Source: Guillardia theta CCMP2712 (lineage: Eukaryota; Protista; Cryptophyta). From it: a stretch of 64,000 nucleotides of DNA. The DNA lies in assembly GCF_000315625.1 (NCBI RefSeq), contig NW_005434656.1:355741-419740 (forward strand), written 5' to 3'. Shown here one piece after another: positions 46,336 to 60,116 of this stretch (positions are counted from its first letter, which is position 1; the number at the start of each line of letters is the position of its first letter). Below the pieces are notes generated by a model that saw only the letters and a program-made list of their open reading frames with translations, was not told the DNA's origin and searched no databases. Position numbers and translations under genes: made by a program.

Positions 46336-49332
46336 TTATGACTTCAGTTGGCTCCTTGGCTGCCTCACGTGATTCTGCTGCTTCAGCTGGGCAAATTCCT
46401 GAGCCTGCAAAACTTCAGTCGGCGAGCTTCCTCAGTCCTTCCCCTTCCTCCATACAGGCACACACCCGCATCCTCCTCCTCCTCCTCCTGCTCCTCCTCC
46501 TCCTCCTCCTCTTTCTCTCTCGTTATCTATTTTCTCGTCTATCCTACTCTTCTCCGACTTGCCGCACAGGTCTTCCCCTCCCTCTCTCCTTCCTCCCCTC
46601 AGAAAGCCTCCCTGTCCACCTCGTACCTCAGAGGTCTCTGAGATTTCCTGCCGAATTTCGTCCAACGTCTTACTGCAAGGCATCGGGTGAGGGGGAGGGT
46701 GAGAAAGAGGAGGGAGGGGGAGAGGGAGGGCGACTGAGGATGTTCAACTCACTTTCCTTCCTCCAGCTCCTTCTCGTATCTCGACGTCTCTTCCGCCGTC
46801 GCCTCCCTGCCGCAGAGCTCGAGGACGAGCGCCTCGACCTCCCTGCGGTGGTAGGGACGGTCCCCACACATCTCCTGGTGGAACTCCGCACGAGAGATCT
46901 GATGGAGCTTTGTGAGCAAGAGGAGATAGACGCGGAGATTCAGAAGGCGGAGAAAGGAGGGGGGAGCAGGAGGTGAGAGGAAGGTTCAGGGAGGAGAAGG
47001 CGGAGAACGAGGGAGGTGAGGTGAAGGAAAGCGGGGGAGAGGGAGGAGGGGAGAGAGCGGAGAGGGGAGAAGGAAGGGGAAAGGGGGGGGGGGGGGGGAA
47101 GGGAGGAGGAAGGAGGAGGAGGGGACCTGATTGCTGGCGAGCTTGAGGACCCACATCTCGAACTTCTTCTGGTGGAGGGAGAGGGAGAGGGTCGGGCACA
47201 TGCGATGAGCGACCTCGCGTGCAGCCCTCAGGTTGTCGTGGATGGCCTTGCGGTACTCGACGTGCCTGGCGTCGAAGTACTCGCTGACGGGAGAGAAGTG
47301 GAAGACATAGTAGATGAAGCAGAAATTGAACACGAAGATCGCCCCCACCACAACCCATGACAGCGTCGAGGGAGAGCGCTTCGGGTACCTCCTCCTGCCC
47401 CTCCCTCCTCCTTCTCCAAGGTATCCTGCCGCGACTTCGTTGAAGTGTCGCTGCTCCTCCCCTGACTGATCGTCGTCCTTGAACTTGGAAGGAGCCTTCC
47501 CGGTGTAGAGGAGGATGGTCTTCCCGCAGGCCATCAGCATCGACCAGCTCAGGAAGAGGGTCCCAACAACCAGGAGACCCTGTATGAACGCCTTGTCTCC
47601 AGGGGTCCTCCCTCCTGTCTCCCGCATGCTGGGGATGAAGTAGGTTGGCGTCTTGAAGGTAGCATCCTTCTCCTTCCCGCAGGGAACTTCTTCCTTCACC
47701 ACCTCGCTCTTGAGCGCCCGAATCAGCTTCAGGTACTGATCGCCGTAGTGCTGCGAGGGCTCGACCTCTGTGCCGTCATGCCACTGGTTGAAGGAGTTGA
47801 CAAGGACAAGGGACGGATATTTCTCCTTCTTCTCAGCCCCTGCCCTCAGAATCTTGGGCTGGCACACAGAGAACCATAGCAGCTGCTTCCACTGGTGCGC
47901 CAGCTCCGCCCCTCTAGCCCGCGGCACCGTCGGCCTCCCGCTCCCTCCCCTCCTCCGGTCGTCGTATCCAGGCATCACAGTCGGCACGACCATCATGCCG
48001 TGATCCCACGCCAGGGACACGAAGTCGTGCAGCAGCTGCGCCGCTTCCCACGCGAACGAGAGGCCCATCTTGCTCGGCTGAGCCGCGTCATAGAGGTTGT
48101 AGCCTGCGATCCCGCTCACGTTGATAGCCTGCATCCCCTTCCAGTCTGCCTGCTCGGGGGCCGGGTACCACCAGATCGTGTCGACCACCAAGTAGAGCTT
48201 GTGAGAGGTCGCCGACAAGATGCGGGACTGAGCCTCCTGCATGCAAGCCTGGAAGTTGCGATACCATCGGAAGCCGTACACGTAGAGCACAGGGCTCCCA
48301 TGGATGCGGAGGTAATTATCTTTGGAGAAGTAGTGCTGAAGGGAGCAAAGGAAAGGGAAAGAGCATGAGTTCAGTCAAGACAAGAGACGACATGACAGAC
48401 CTTGGCAGCGTACTCCCAGTGATCTTTCAGCCTGTCGCAGTTCTTGCGCTGCGGTAATGTCAGCACAGCAAGGAACGGCGTGGACTCGCATCGGACCACA
48501 CTCAAGTCCAAGTCATTCTCGCTGGCGTCTGGAGAAGCAGCAGGAGTCATCCAGGAGCTTCAACATGCTGCAAGGATCTCACCTCCTAGGATGTCAAACG
48601 CCGTGTACATCAAGGCAACCTGTCCACGAACCCAACGGTCATGAGCGAAGGGGAGGCTGAGCAAGGGTCCAACCTTGACTCCTTGCTTCATGGTGAGGTG
48701 TTCCTCCACTCGGCGATCGATCTCGACATCGCGCTCCGGCTGGCACCGGCACGTTCATGGTCCCATCAGGCAGCATGCATGGCACAGACCGCTTGCTCGC
48801 CCTCCCCCACCCCCGACCAGGGCATGATGAAGAAGTCGATGTTTGACTGCCTTGCCCACTCGTGATGCTTCTGCATCGTGCTGTGACATGCCGTCAGTCG
48901 TGCATCTCTACAAGTCCGTTCCTCACGATCTGTCTGAAAGATCGTATGCTCCAAGCTCAGGCTGTAGACGGTCTTCAGGGCCCCCACAGCTTTCACAGCA
49001 GCCACTGACCTCATGCGTCCGCGGGTGATGGCTCCATTGGTCATCCAGGTTGTACCTTGCCAGGCGTCAGAGGTCCAAGTAACCTAGCATCACTCACCAG
49101 TTGTAGTAGTAAGCTCCCAGCAGCGGCACCTCCTGGTGGCCTGCTCCTATAATGAAAACACATCAGATCCATGCGTTCCTGGAGCAACGATGATAGAGAA
49201 GCTTCAACAGGTCATCATGGAAACATTCAGCGAACCTTTTCTGACGCCATTCCCCATCTCTCTGCCCTCCGTGTCCATGATCATCACCGCCATGGTCGCC
49301 ATACCCAACCACCACGCCGCCTTATGCCTCAT
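46336..49332 (-). CDS. GH99 (endo-alpha-mannosidase)-like protein with C-terminal TM helices; catalytic motif altered
   Basis: LLGAYYYNW, PELGAYD, HHEWARQSNIDFFIMPW, NYLRIHGSPVLYVY, VPTVMPGYDD and VLVNSFNQWHDGTEVEP. Signal peptide and two hydrophobic segments after the barrel. Confidence 0.82.
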
Positions 49333-49427
49333 GGTCCTCCCTTGTTCATGCATAATACTCATCGCCCAGTATGGGAACTTGAGTAAAAGATTAGGCTCAG
49401 AGCCTGTCTCGGGCGCGGCCCCGGGCG

Positions 49428-49460
<33 letters not shown>

Positions 49461-49486
49461 CTTTACTCAAAGTTAAGTTAAAGATC
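49461..49486 (+). promoter_or_regulatory. Conserved intergenic motif CTTTACTCAAAGTTAAGTTAAAGATC
   Basis: 24/26 identical to 31165-31190. Lies ~130 bp upstream of the GH99-like ATG, next to a (GCCA)n tract. Confidence 0.55.
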
Positions 49487-50223
49487 AGTACGAGGACAAT
49501 CAGGAGAGTTAAGTCAGTACGGCGGCGTTCCGGGGCCGAAGCAACTCACTTGCCGTGACTTGACTAAGTTACTGAGCCTGGTTGACTCGACTTGAAGCCT
49601 CAGTGATCCGGGACGGCTCTGAAGTCCGGCGAGCGGTCAAATGGGCGAGGGACTCATGCCGGGCTCGCCTCACCGTTAGCCCCAGACAGAGGATGTGTGC
49701 GTGGCTCGAGGACTGTATAGAGGTCACCATGGTAGGGTAGGGTACTTTATGACCCCTACTTTAGTCCAAATTTTGATAGAAAAGTACGGGTATAATTGTC
49801 CGAAATGTTGATCTCCAGGGGTAGATTGTGAATTGGTGGGGTTGGACTGGGACCCCCTTGTGATGTTTTGGTAGGATTGAGACCAGCTCGGGGGGTGGAG
49901 GGTTCCCAAAACGCTTTGAGGTGGGTGGCCTGCAAGAAATGGGGTAGTCCCCAAAAGGAAAGTAGCGACAGGGGTGATTTTGACTAGCATTGAAGGGGTT
50001 ACTCAAGACCAAGCCGGTAGCTGTGACCGATGAAACGGTGGGGTACACTACCCCACCTACCCAAAGACCCACCCACCCCTAGGATGTGATAAAAAAACGA
50101 GCGGGAAGCGCAAGGACCGCGATGCTGGCGGAGAGGAGCGACTGAGGCGAGGGAGTGAGGAGTAAGTACAGGAGCGAGGAGGACGATCCCTTCTGTAACA
50201 TCTCTCGATAATTGATGCTCTTT

Positions 50224-53200
50224 GATGCCTGTTGTTCATGTGCCATGGCGTTTCCTGTCTTATGGTCCCCTGCCTGACAATTGTAGCAGAATCACTGGAA
50301 AATTCCACAATACCGTAGTTTCGGCCAAAAGGAGGACACAGCGGCGTTCATTGGACCCTACCAACTTTGTCTTGGAAAGACCTCATTGCTGCTTCTCTGA
50401 TAGCAAAATAGAGTATCACAATGATGGTCATGGATATTTTGAGGCAAGTTATCGGCCACAAACAAGAAAGAGCCCAGCGCTTTTTCAGCTTTGATTGTCA
50501 TGAAGTCACAAGATGGGCAGAGCTCACTGCGGAGCACAAGATTCGTGATATCGATACTTCTGCAGAATACAGCGATGTGATGGAATGGTTGGATACTTTC
50601 AAGAATGGAATCAAGGCAGACTTTGATCTCAAGTCGAGCTTACTGTACAGAGACAAGACCATGGCGGACTATGAGAAAGAGCTTTCGACGAAACATGGAG
50701 AAAGTCACCAACCTTCATCTTTGCATGAACCGCTCACTCCAACGGAACAGGGTAGCAGCGCAGAGCAAGGTGTGAAGGATAAACAAGAGGACAAATCGAA
50801 TTTGTGATGTTCATGGTCGTAGATGAAGCTTTGAATGCTGATGGAGACGGACAGAATTCCACAGCTAGCATCAACGAGGTACTCATTCGTACTTCATTGC
50901 TAGAGTTGATCTTGTGGCGAAGGCTCTGAAAGCGCAATCCAAGATCCGAAAAGATAGCAAGCAAGACTCTGGGAATTGCGCGCTGGTCTTGAACTGCGGG
51001 GGAGAGGTGCCTGCATCAGCAGTCGATGTATTTTCTTGCTTGTTTTCTCTTTCCATGATTCCAAGAATTTCGTCTCCTCAGGCTCTTCACCCTCTTCTTT
51101 TGAATTGCAATGATGTTCCTCTGAGACTGTTTTCCTTGTGACAGTATGTAACGAGTACGTTGCAGTCGGAGGGGAGGAATGATACCGCAAGGTGTTGCGT
51201 TTGGAACTGAGCGTGCAATATTTGACAACTAGGCAGGCAATTTCAACATAGAAAGCACCTCATCGATGTGGATGATGAGACAGTCTTGACACTTGCTGTA
51301 CGTGTCACTAGTTCGCTTTTCAAGTGTCCTAATTGCGTCACTCAAGGCTCGTTTCAATGTAGACCCTATGCATCTGTTATCTCTCGTGCAGCAGAACAAG
51401 AAAGACTTTTACAAATTGAGTAAGGTAATGGCGTTTGTCATCAAGATCCTCCTTGGTATTGCTAAGCATGCTACAGATCAAATGCCCAATAGACTCTCCA
51501 TTGAAGAGGCATATTTCTGTAGATCTTCCTGTATCAACAGTGACAAGGTCATCCTGCATGTATGATAGGGGGATGCAAAGCATGATTTCATGATTTTAGG
51601 TATCTTGTGTGTCCCAAGTCAGTGGAGGGTTGGTATGCCTGGTTGAGCACTACCGATGAAGCATTCAAAGCTGGAAATATGGACATTTACATAACTGATT
51701 CCCAGAACCAGACATACTCAGTAAGTGACCATGAATTGATTTCATCTTTCTGATGCTACTACAGTCTTTGAACATGCAACGAGATAATTACTTGGTGTCG
51801 TTCGACATGGTAGCGATCGAGTCCTTGGGACAGCGCGAGAGGGATTTGATTCAATCTGATCTCAAGTTCGCCCGTGACAGATTGCATGTATGTTATTGTT
51901 TCATGTGGGTGCTGCTTCAACCTGACTTTTGGTGAAGTATTTCTTCTCGGGGTGGTGGAGATGTGAATTTTGCAACGAGTGTTTTCAGTCGCTTGCTGAA
52001 ACTACTGAGCATGAAGAGATTTGTTCAAAAGCCGATCCCAAAGAAATCCAGGCTCGTAAATTGAAAGGCAGGCCAGATATTGGATTTGCAAATGCGACAC
52101 CTTGTGGAAATCCAGACGAACGTGAGAAGATGGAAGACACCGCCAGGGCGTTTCTGGAGGCTGTGGTAGATGAAGACCTCACGTGGAGGACTTCTCTGCC
52201 TGCCGAGGTAATGTTGTACTTGTTTCGAAGTGTCTTGTGACCCAATTCTTTGACTAGGCTGAAGGAGAAGAGTTTACATTGTTCCACCTTTTTCGAACAG
52301 TGTTTCCAAGTTGTGCTCACCCAACTTACGGTTTGAAAATTGAAGACTTCAACGACCTTGCAAAGGAGCTTTTCCCTGTCCGAGAGAATGTGTTTCCAGG
52401 TACTTTTTCTTGTCGAAGATGCATGCCATGACAAATTGTGTAAGGAATCAAGAAAGTTTTCCTTGGAGCGAGCTTGCGAGATGTGAAGGAAGATGACAAA
52501 GAGAGCAAGTTTTGGAAAACATTTGTCAATTGTCTGGGCGTCAGCGAGAGCCGCGTCGAGGAAATCCAGGACATCATAGTTCAACAGAAGGAGGCTTGGG
52601 AAACGCATTTGGATGAGCTGTTGAAGAAACTACCATCTCATATGGAATTTCTTTCCTTGAAAAACCCCAGAAAATTACCGAAGTCCGATTCAGGTAAAAA
52701 GCAACCCAAGAAACCTGAACAGCCGAGTCCTCTTGGAAAGGCAAAGGATGTCGAGTTAGCCAACCCTGCGGCAGCGGTACCTTCAGATAGTAAGCAACTC
52801 CCTTGGCTCAAATAATGCTTAACTACTTGGTTGCCTTAGACCCCCATCCAAATTCGACGCCAGCGAAAACAGAAAATGCAAAAACACCGCCTGCAAGTGA
52901 GCCTTATCGTGTTGGGGACTGGGTCATGCTGCATTCACTGAAGACTAATGCGGATTACAACTCAAGGTGCGTTTTCGATTAAACGGCTTCCCAGATCCTG
53001 AAATGTGCAATAGAATCGGACAGGTCGAGAAATGGGATGAGAAGAAGAAAATGTTTCATGTCAAGCTGATCGAGGGAAAGAAATGTGCTTTAAAATCTGC
53101 TAATCTCACCAAGGTACCTGGACCGAATGGTACACAGCAGCCCCCCGAACCGGATTGCAATCCTCCTGAACCAAAGCAAGACAAAAATATCAAGATCACC

Positions 53201-56200
53201 GTTTGTCTGAACGAGCACACAAAATTTGAAATCAGTATCATGAGTTCAAGCAAGGTGTCGGAGATCATAGACAAAGTCCAGGCCTTGGAAACTACTGAGA
53301 ATGCTGGAAGCTTTTCTGCATTGCATGCATTGACGAAGCAGGGCCAGAAACCTGTTATAAAACGAGGGGAAAAGTCCTTACCCTTGAGTGATATTTTGTC
53401 ACAACTCGATGTGGTTGATGGAGATGAAGTTATGTTTGAGATGGGGAATACTGAGCAAGAGCAAAAGTCAGAATCGAATGTAGACGTATCGAAAGGTATA
53501 TGATGGTAACCAGAGAAGGGATTAAAGCTAATTTGATGCAGGGTTTGGGAGCAGAAACAATGCAACAAAGGATGATCTTACTAGCACTGGATCAGATCGA
53601 AAAGACACGACTACACAACCAAATCTTGGCATGGCTGCCGCGACCAGTGGAACAAAGTCGTCAAGCAAGGAAGCTTCAGGTTGGTCGTGTTTCTAGGTTC
53701 GTTTCGAAGCTGAAATGTGATTTCAAGAAACGTTAAGCACAGCAAAAGCGGCGGGCCAACTCCAACCGAAGCGTGTCGATGGTGTAAAAGAGAATGATCC
53801 AGACAAGAAGCCAGAAATTTGTAAGTTTTTTCATATAGAGCCTTCTTGTATGTTGGATCGACACCAGAAGTGATCTTCTAATTTCAGCAGGCTCCAAGTT
53901 AGAAGGAGATACTGCTGGACGCAATGTTTCTTCTGAAAAAGCATCGCCCGGTGAAATGAAAGAGGCTTCTACAGAAGACAAGCCCCGACAATCGGTTGTA
54001 ACAGATTCGTCGAATCCCCCTTCTGCTATGGAAATTGATGGTGCTATCAAGCCCGAAGTTGCGAAGAAGAAAGACGACGACGTCCCTATGTCGAGGACAA
54101 AGCGTACCGTAAGTACGAACAAGGTGGCAGGGAGTGATGTGCAGTCACAAAAGCCTCGAACTGAGGTGTCGGAGACTGAGGGCAGCACAGTTGACGTGAA
54201 AAGCACAGAAGAGGATGTTTCCAAGAACAAAGTCAAAAAATCTGCTAAAGGCAAACCCGCGGAAGGTCCACATAATACCCTATCGGACACAAAGCTGCCA
54301 AAAGAGTCGGAGACAAGTGCGTCAGGACCGCATTCGACGCAATCAGCTGACGCTGTTGGCGAGGGCCCGCAAGATGGCAAAGCTCTTCAGGAACCATCCA
54401 AGGCTGATGAAAGCTTGCCTCAGATTACGAGCAAATCCACTAAGGATGCAGACAAAGCTGCTACCTCGGGGGCAACACCGATCAAAGACACTTCGGATCG
54501 TGAGAAAAGTCCTCAAAAGCGTATGGAAGCCTCGAACGAATTGGCTGGCAAAGGGGACAACATGACCACAGCAGAGACCACACACAAACACGAACAAACG
54601 AAGAACGTCAAGAGATCGAAGCCCAATGCTCATGAGGTTTCAGAAGACTTGAAAGCTCGGGGCAAGGTCGTGGCACATGAAGTGAATTCTCAACCTTCTC
54701 AGCCACATTTGTCTGCGGAAAGTGACGAGAAATCCAAGGCTGAAGACGTGCCTGGCACACACACGAGTAACACGATCCCTCTACTAGCCTCTGATTCGCT
54801 ATCCTCGCCCGCAGGTGCGCAAGGACATGTACAATCTAAGACTAAGGAGAAGGCTGGTGAAGACGATCATAACGATGATGTACCGATTGCAACTTTGGTA
54901 GGGACAAAAGGTAGCGAGTCTGATCGAGATCAAGGACTAGAAAGTGACAAGTCTAATAAGCAAAAATCACGAAGCAAGAAATCTAAAGACAATGGTAACG
55001 AGGAATTAAGCAAAGCCCCAGGCAAGCCCAACGACAACATCAGTTCTGTTGTCGATACACCTCATGGAGAAGCCGGACAGACTCAGCAGACGGCAAATTC
55101 GAAGCCACAACAAGGACAAGGCTCGGGCGAGAAAGTCGGGCAGAACCTTGAAGCCAAGACATCCGCACAAGTCTTGACCGGAACTCCGATTGATGAGCAC
55201 AACGCGGCGAAACCATCAAATGCTGGAAAGAGCCGCAAGTCCCAGGACTCGAAAGAAGACCAAACGCACAAGGTTCGAAAAGAGGAAGCTCCCAAGGTAC
55301 CAGAAGACAAGGCTCCCAAGGTCGAGGAGAAATCATTAGCAGTTAACCCAACCACCAATGCTCCCAAGGATTCTCAACCATTACCGCCGGTAAAGTCGGA
55401 ATCTGGTGACAAAAAGGTGATTGAGCAGTCATTGACTCGTAGTGTTCTATCGCTCATACACAAGGCCGACGAAATCTCAGTTACCCCTGGTGCTTCGAGT
55501 GCTGAAACACCTGAGGAGAGCAAAAAGGTTGAACCGAAGGCAGCAACTAGGAAGGAGGCTGAAAAGGAGATATGTTCTGACGCCAAAGTTGGCAAGGACG
55601 GTATAGAAGAACATGCCGAACGTCAGTCCAACCAAGGATTGAATGCGTCGTTTATCTCCTTGGATAATTCCATGGACATCAGTGGCTTTCGTGATGAGAT
55701 TATGGCGAGTGATCAATCAGAAAAAGCTCCTGCTCCAAGTGAGCCTACGGCTGCTGAGGAGATAAAAGAAAGCGTGACATCGGAGAACCTTCAGAAATCT
55801 GGAGCAGCGACGGTCAAGCATGCAGCGGACCAACAGCACCAGGAGAAGGCCGCTGAAGGAGACTGGAAAGTGGGAAGCTTTGGAACTGAATCGATTGAAT
55901 CCGGGTCGCATCCTTCAAACTCTGCCAAGAGGAAGAGATCTGCGCACGAATCGAGCAAGACTGATGAGAGCATGGACAAGCCTATCGACAGCCACCGGCC
56001 GGAGGTGACGGAGCAAACGGCAGAGCAGCCAATACCAACATTGCACACCATGAGTCATGATACTGAGTCAGATGTGAAGAAATCCAAGGATACAACTCAT
56101 GCAGCTGCGGACAAGAAGGCTTCCATGACTGAAAAAGACAGCAGCGAGAAAGAAAACTCTCGTGAGACTTCTTCCGAGAATACGGAGGGCGCAAAGACTC

Positions 56201-56663
56201 AGAGGAGGAGGCAGACTTCGGAGAGCGGGAGGAAGTCGGGCTCCGCACTTTCAAGGAACAATCATGACGAGGAAGAGCAACAAACAACCAAGAAGCGCAA
56301 CAGGAGGGAGTCGAACGACGAAGCCGAGGAAGAAAGACAGAGCACAAGATCGAAGAGAAGGTGCGTGATGACGATCGAGAAGGAGCGCCAGGCAGAGAAA
56401 GAAAGGCAGCAGTCTCTCAAGAAGTACATCGGGATGGAGGTCCAGAAGGAATTCGATGGAGTGATGTACCGCGGCAAGGTGGTAAGGATCAGCTACGACA
56501 GGACAAAGAAGGGTCCTGAGGCGGAGGACTTCTTCAACATTGTGTATGAAGACGACGACAGGGAGCAGATGTGAGGCTCTCTCTCCCCTCTCTTTGCTTC
56601 TTCGTTCTGATGAAGTTGTACAGGGACTTCCAAGAACTTCAGCGCTACCTCGTCCGCAAGTGA
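50224..56663 (+). CDS. Large multidomain, probably nuclear protein: C2HC finger, KOW/SH3-like, ubiquitin-like, long charged region, C-terminal Tudor-like (PTM/DIR17-type)
   Basis: WRCEFCNECF...EHEEIC; VGDWVMLHSL...IGQVEKWD...FHVKL...LKSANL; IKITVCL...DILSQLDVVDGDEV; an 872-aa ORF ending YIGMEVQKEFDGVMYRGKVV...FNIVYEDDDREQM. The start is uncertain and this may be more than one gene. Confidence 0.65.
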
Positions 56664-56887
56664 TGTCGTCTCAGCTCTACCGTACAAGGGCGTGAAACAG
56701 AGTGGGGGTGCAGCTGCTGTCATGCCATGCCCGTCATGCACACTTGATTTGATAAAGATTTCTTTGATGTACGAGGATGGGAGAAGGTCGGGCCCTCAGG
56801 CTCTCGATCAGTGGGGCTTCTTGTTCATCTGCTGCTCGAGGGAAGCGTAATCAACAGTCGCTCTCCTCCTCTTCCCTGCTCGTTGGG

Positions 56888-59800
56888 TCAGTCGGAGTCG
56901 CTCACAGGGTTGTAGTCACTTCTGCCCGAGCGGTTCAGCTCCTCCATCTTCATCGCCTCCTTCAGCTCTCGTGCTCGCTCGAGGCTGCAGCAGGGGTTAG
57001 GTCGTGCCCAGCTGGACCTTGAGGTCATCACCCAGCAGAGAGCGAGGTCAACCTGCTCGCGCTCGGCTCGTACTGGCCGCGAGAGACTAGCAGAGCTCGC
57101 ACGTGCGCGGACACGCTGGCGAGGCGTGAGGAGGTGAAAGAAGGTCGAGAGTGGAGGAGGAGAGGCAGAGGAGGGGAGGAGAGAAGCAGATGAACCTGCG
57201 GGCGAGGGGAGACAGGGGGCCGCCGTTGGTGTTGTACCCTCCCTCCAAGATTGAGACTAGCTTTCCTCCACAAGTGACCTCGGCCACTTCACAGAGCTTG
57301 TCCGTCACCTGATCGACTCATCAGCCCTTTACACCCTTCACGCCCTCGCAGAGACCCAAAAGAAATCGTCCTCGGTGAGGGACACAAGACCGTAGTTCAT
57401 GAAGTCCGCTTCATGCCCGTCAAAGCCAGCGCTAACCAGCACCTGGACCCGCGAGTTTGAGGTTGAGGAGGAGGAGGAGGAGGAGGAGGAGGAGGAGGAG
57501 GAGGAGGAGGGTTCGAAGGCTGAATGAAGAAGCAGGAGAAGGTCGACCAGGTCAGGCTTGAAGGAGTGAAGACGAGGGAGGAGCTTTTCCTCTACCACCT
57601 GCCACGTCATCAGCCGTCATGGCACGAAGATGGGCCATCACTTACCCTGCGGAAGTCTTGGGTGCCAAACTTGGGCCCGAGGGGGATGTTGAGAATGTTG
57701 GGCTCCTCCGTCGCTCCTCCCAAGCCCGGATAGAAGAGGCCCGTGTAAGGCGAACCCGTCGAGTACTTGGCGCCTGCCGAGCACCTTCAGCCCAAGGTCC
57801 TGCGATGCTCACCGGCCTCACCCAAATCCTCCTTGACCTCGCCAAAGCCGTGGATGGAGCAGAAGAAGACGTTCTCGCTGTCCCGCTCTGTGAGCCAGGG
57901 CTGGTGGAGCAGAGGAGGGGAGAAAGCAGGTGAGTAGAGGAGAAGACAAGACGAGACGACACCTTGTAGCTCCAGCTTGTCACACAGAACTGAAGAATCC
58001 CGTCAGAGCCCAGCACACCCTCAGCTAAAGTGTCAAATGCTACCTCGCCGAGTGGTGTGTCTGCAACGTGCTTGTACCTCCAGGGCTTCAAGTTTCGAAT
58101 CACCTCCTGCTCTCCACGACTTTACCTCTGCTCCCTCTCATGTCTCTCCTTCACCTCCGTCCCGTTCCCATGGTGAACGTCGAAGTCAACGATAGCGACG
58201 CGAGCGGCCAAACTGGAGGACGCGATCAGAAGAAGAGTACGGGAGGAGGAAAGAACCGATTTGCCATGGCATGCGCTGCGCCGATTGCCACGTTGCTGAG
58301 GAGGCAGAAGCCATGGGACCTCGTCTTGCTCCCCTGCTCCACCATCGCCTCAGAGGCTCCTTGAGGCCCAGCATGGTGTCCAGCAGGCCTTCATGGGTTC
58401 AGGAAAGAAGCAGCAGCTGGGGTCTGACCTGACCACACAGAAGGCGTTCCTTCCCTTCCCCTCCATGACGTCTTTGATCGCCTCGATGACGCATCCTGCC
58501 GCATTCACAGCGGCATCGTAGGACTCGGCGGTCAGGACGGTGTCGACGTCAAGTCTCTTGCTCGACGACTGAGCATCTTGGCTGCTCTTGAGAGCCTCGC
58601 ACGAACTTGAGATCTTCTCTGTCAGCAGGCCGTCAAGTGCTGGCGGGTAGGCCGCATCCTACCAATGTAGTTGTAGTCGTGGACGCGGAGGATGTCAGTG
58701 ATCAGGGCCGGCTTGTCCAGGTCTCGGAGCTCGACCCGGCCCTGAAAGATCGAGCCCCGCAGAGCTCCGAGCTGAGGGTCCAGCAGAACCTTGAGGAGAA
58801 CGTCACACAGCCGGCAACTTCCCAATCTTCTACTTTGATCCGATCCGCGTTCTCTGGCCCGAGGAGCTTCGAGGCCGCGTGATGGCTGCACTTTTCTGAC
58901 GAGTAAACCTAGGAGGCAGACCTGAGGAGGGTACTTGATTACTCGCCCGTTACCAGAGTAGCCGCTGCTTGCTCGCTCGCTGTCTCTGCCTCCTTGTTCA
59001 ACTTCTCGCAGATGAGATCTACACGCAGAGTCACGTCAGACTGGCCAGCATTCTTCGATCGGACCTGCAGCTTTCTGATCGCCACACCGAAGTGCGAGCG
59101 AGAGAGGCGACCCGTACGACAACGACTCGCAGGACAGCATGTCTATGCTCGTCACTTGCAGCAGCAGCTCCACCATCTTGCAGCCTAGAGGAGGCCGTCA
59201 GGCGCTAAGCGAACAGACGAGGCCTGGGGCACTCACTGCGAGCACCATGGAAGAGAGCGTAGTGGATGGGGAGGCTGAGCGAGAAGTCTTGAGCGTTAGC
59301 GTCGCCTCCCTCTGCCATCACGTCAGCGCTCACCCTGAGCATCGTGAACTCGCAACCCTCCAGGAGGATCGCGACCACTTCCTCGTGCCCCGCCAGACAC
59401 GCGCGGTGAAGGGCGGTACATCCCATGGCGTCGGTAGCCTACAGGTCAAGGTCAGCGGGCAGGAGGGAGGAGGATGAGATGTCGACAGTCGCGCTGGCGC
59501 CTCCTTTGAGGAGCATCCGAACCATCTCCGAACAGATGGACTTGCGCTCCTCGAACCCAGCTTGAGCCAGGGCCAGGTGAAGGCAGGGGAGCTCCTGCGA
59601 AAAGGAATGAGGGTCAGCTGCCTGAAGGATGGGAGGAGAGGAGGGAGGAAGAGAAGGGAGGGAGAGGACGACGTCACTCACAGCATACACGAAGCTGACA
59701 TCGGACCCGTTGTCGATCAGCAGCCGAACGCACTCCACATGCCCTCCCACCAGCGCGCGAGCGAGGGCGGTAGACCCCTCGTGGGCCTCGGTAACGCCCT

Positions 59801-60116
59801 CGATGTTGTTGCCGACGGAGAGGAGGCGAGCGAGGAGCTCGTGGTATCCTCGTTCTGCTGCCCAGTGCCTGCAACCCGATCAGCCATGAGGAGGAGCATG
59901 AGGAGGAGCAGAGGAAGGGGGAGGGGCTTACAGGGAGCAAACCTTCCTCTTGTGAATCTCCTCCGCACAATCCTCCTCCACCTTGGGCTCAAGTTGCTTC
60001 CAAGCCTCCTCGTCATCCAGTTTTGCTCCCTGCTCGTTCAACTTCTCTCCTCCTCCTCCTCCTCCTCCTCCTCCTCCTCCATACGCCTTCAGGAGCTCCC
60101 CAGCGCCTCGTACCAT
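56888..60116 (-). CDS. Ankyrin-repeat histone deacetylase (Zn-dependent, class II-like)
   Basis: Ankyrins (LHWAAERGYHELL, GHVECVRLLIDNG, TALHRACLAGHEEVV). HDAC motifs NAFCVVRPPGHHAG, HGFCLLSNVAIGA, AIVDFDVHHGNGT, FFCSIHG, FYPG, SAGFDGH and LEGGY. Confidence 0.92.
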
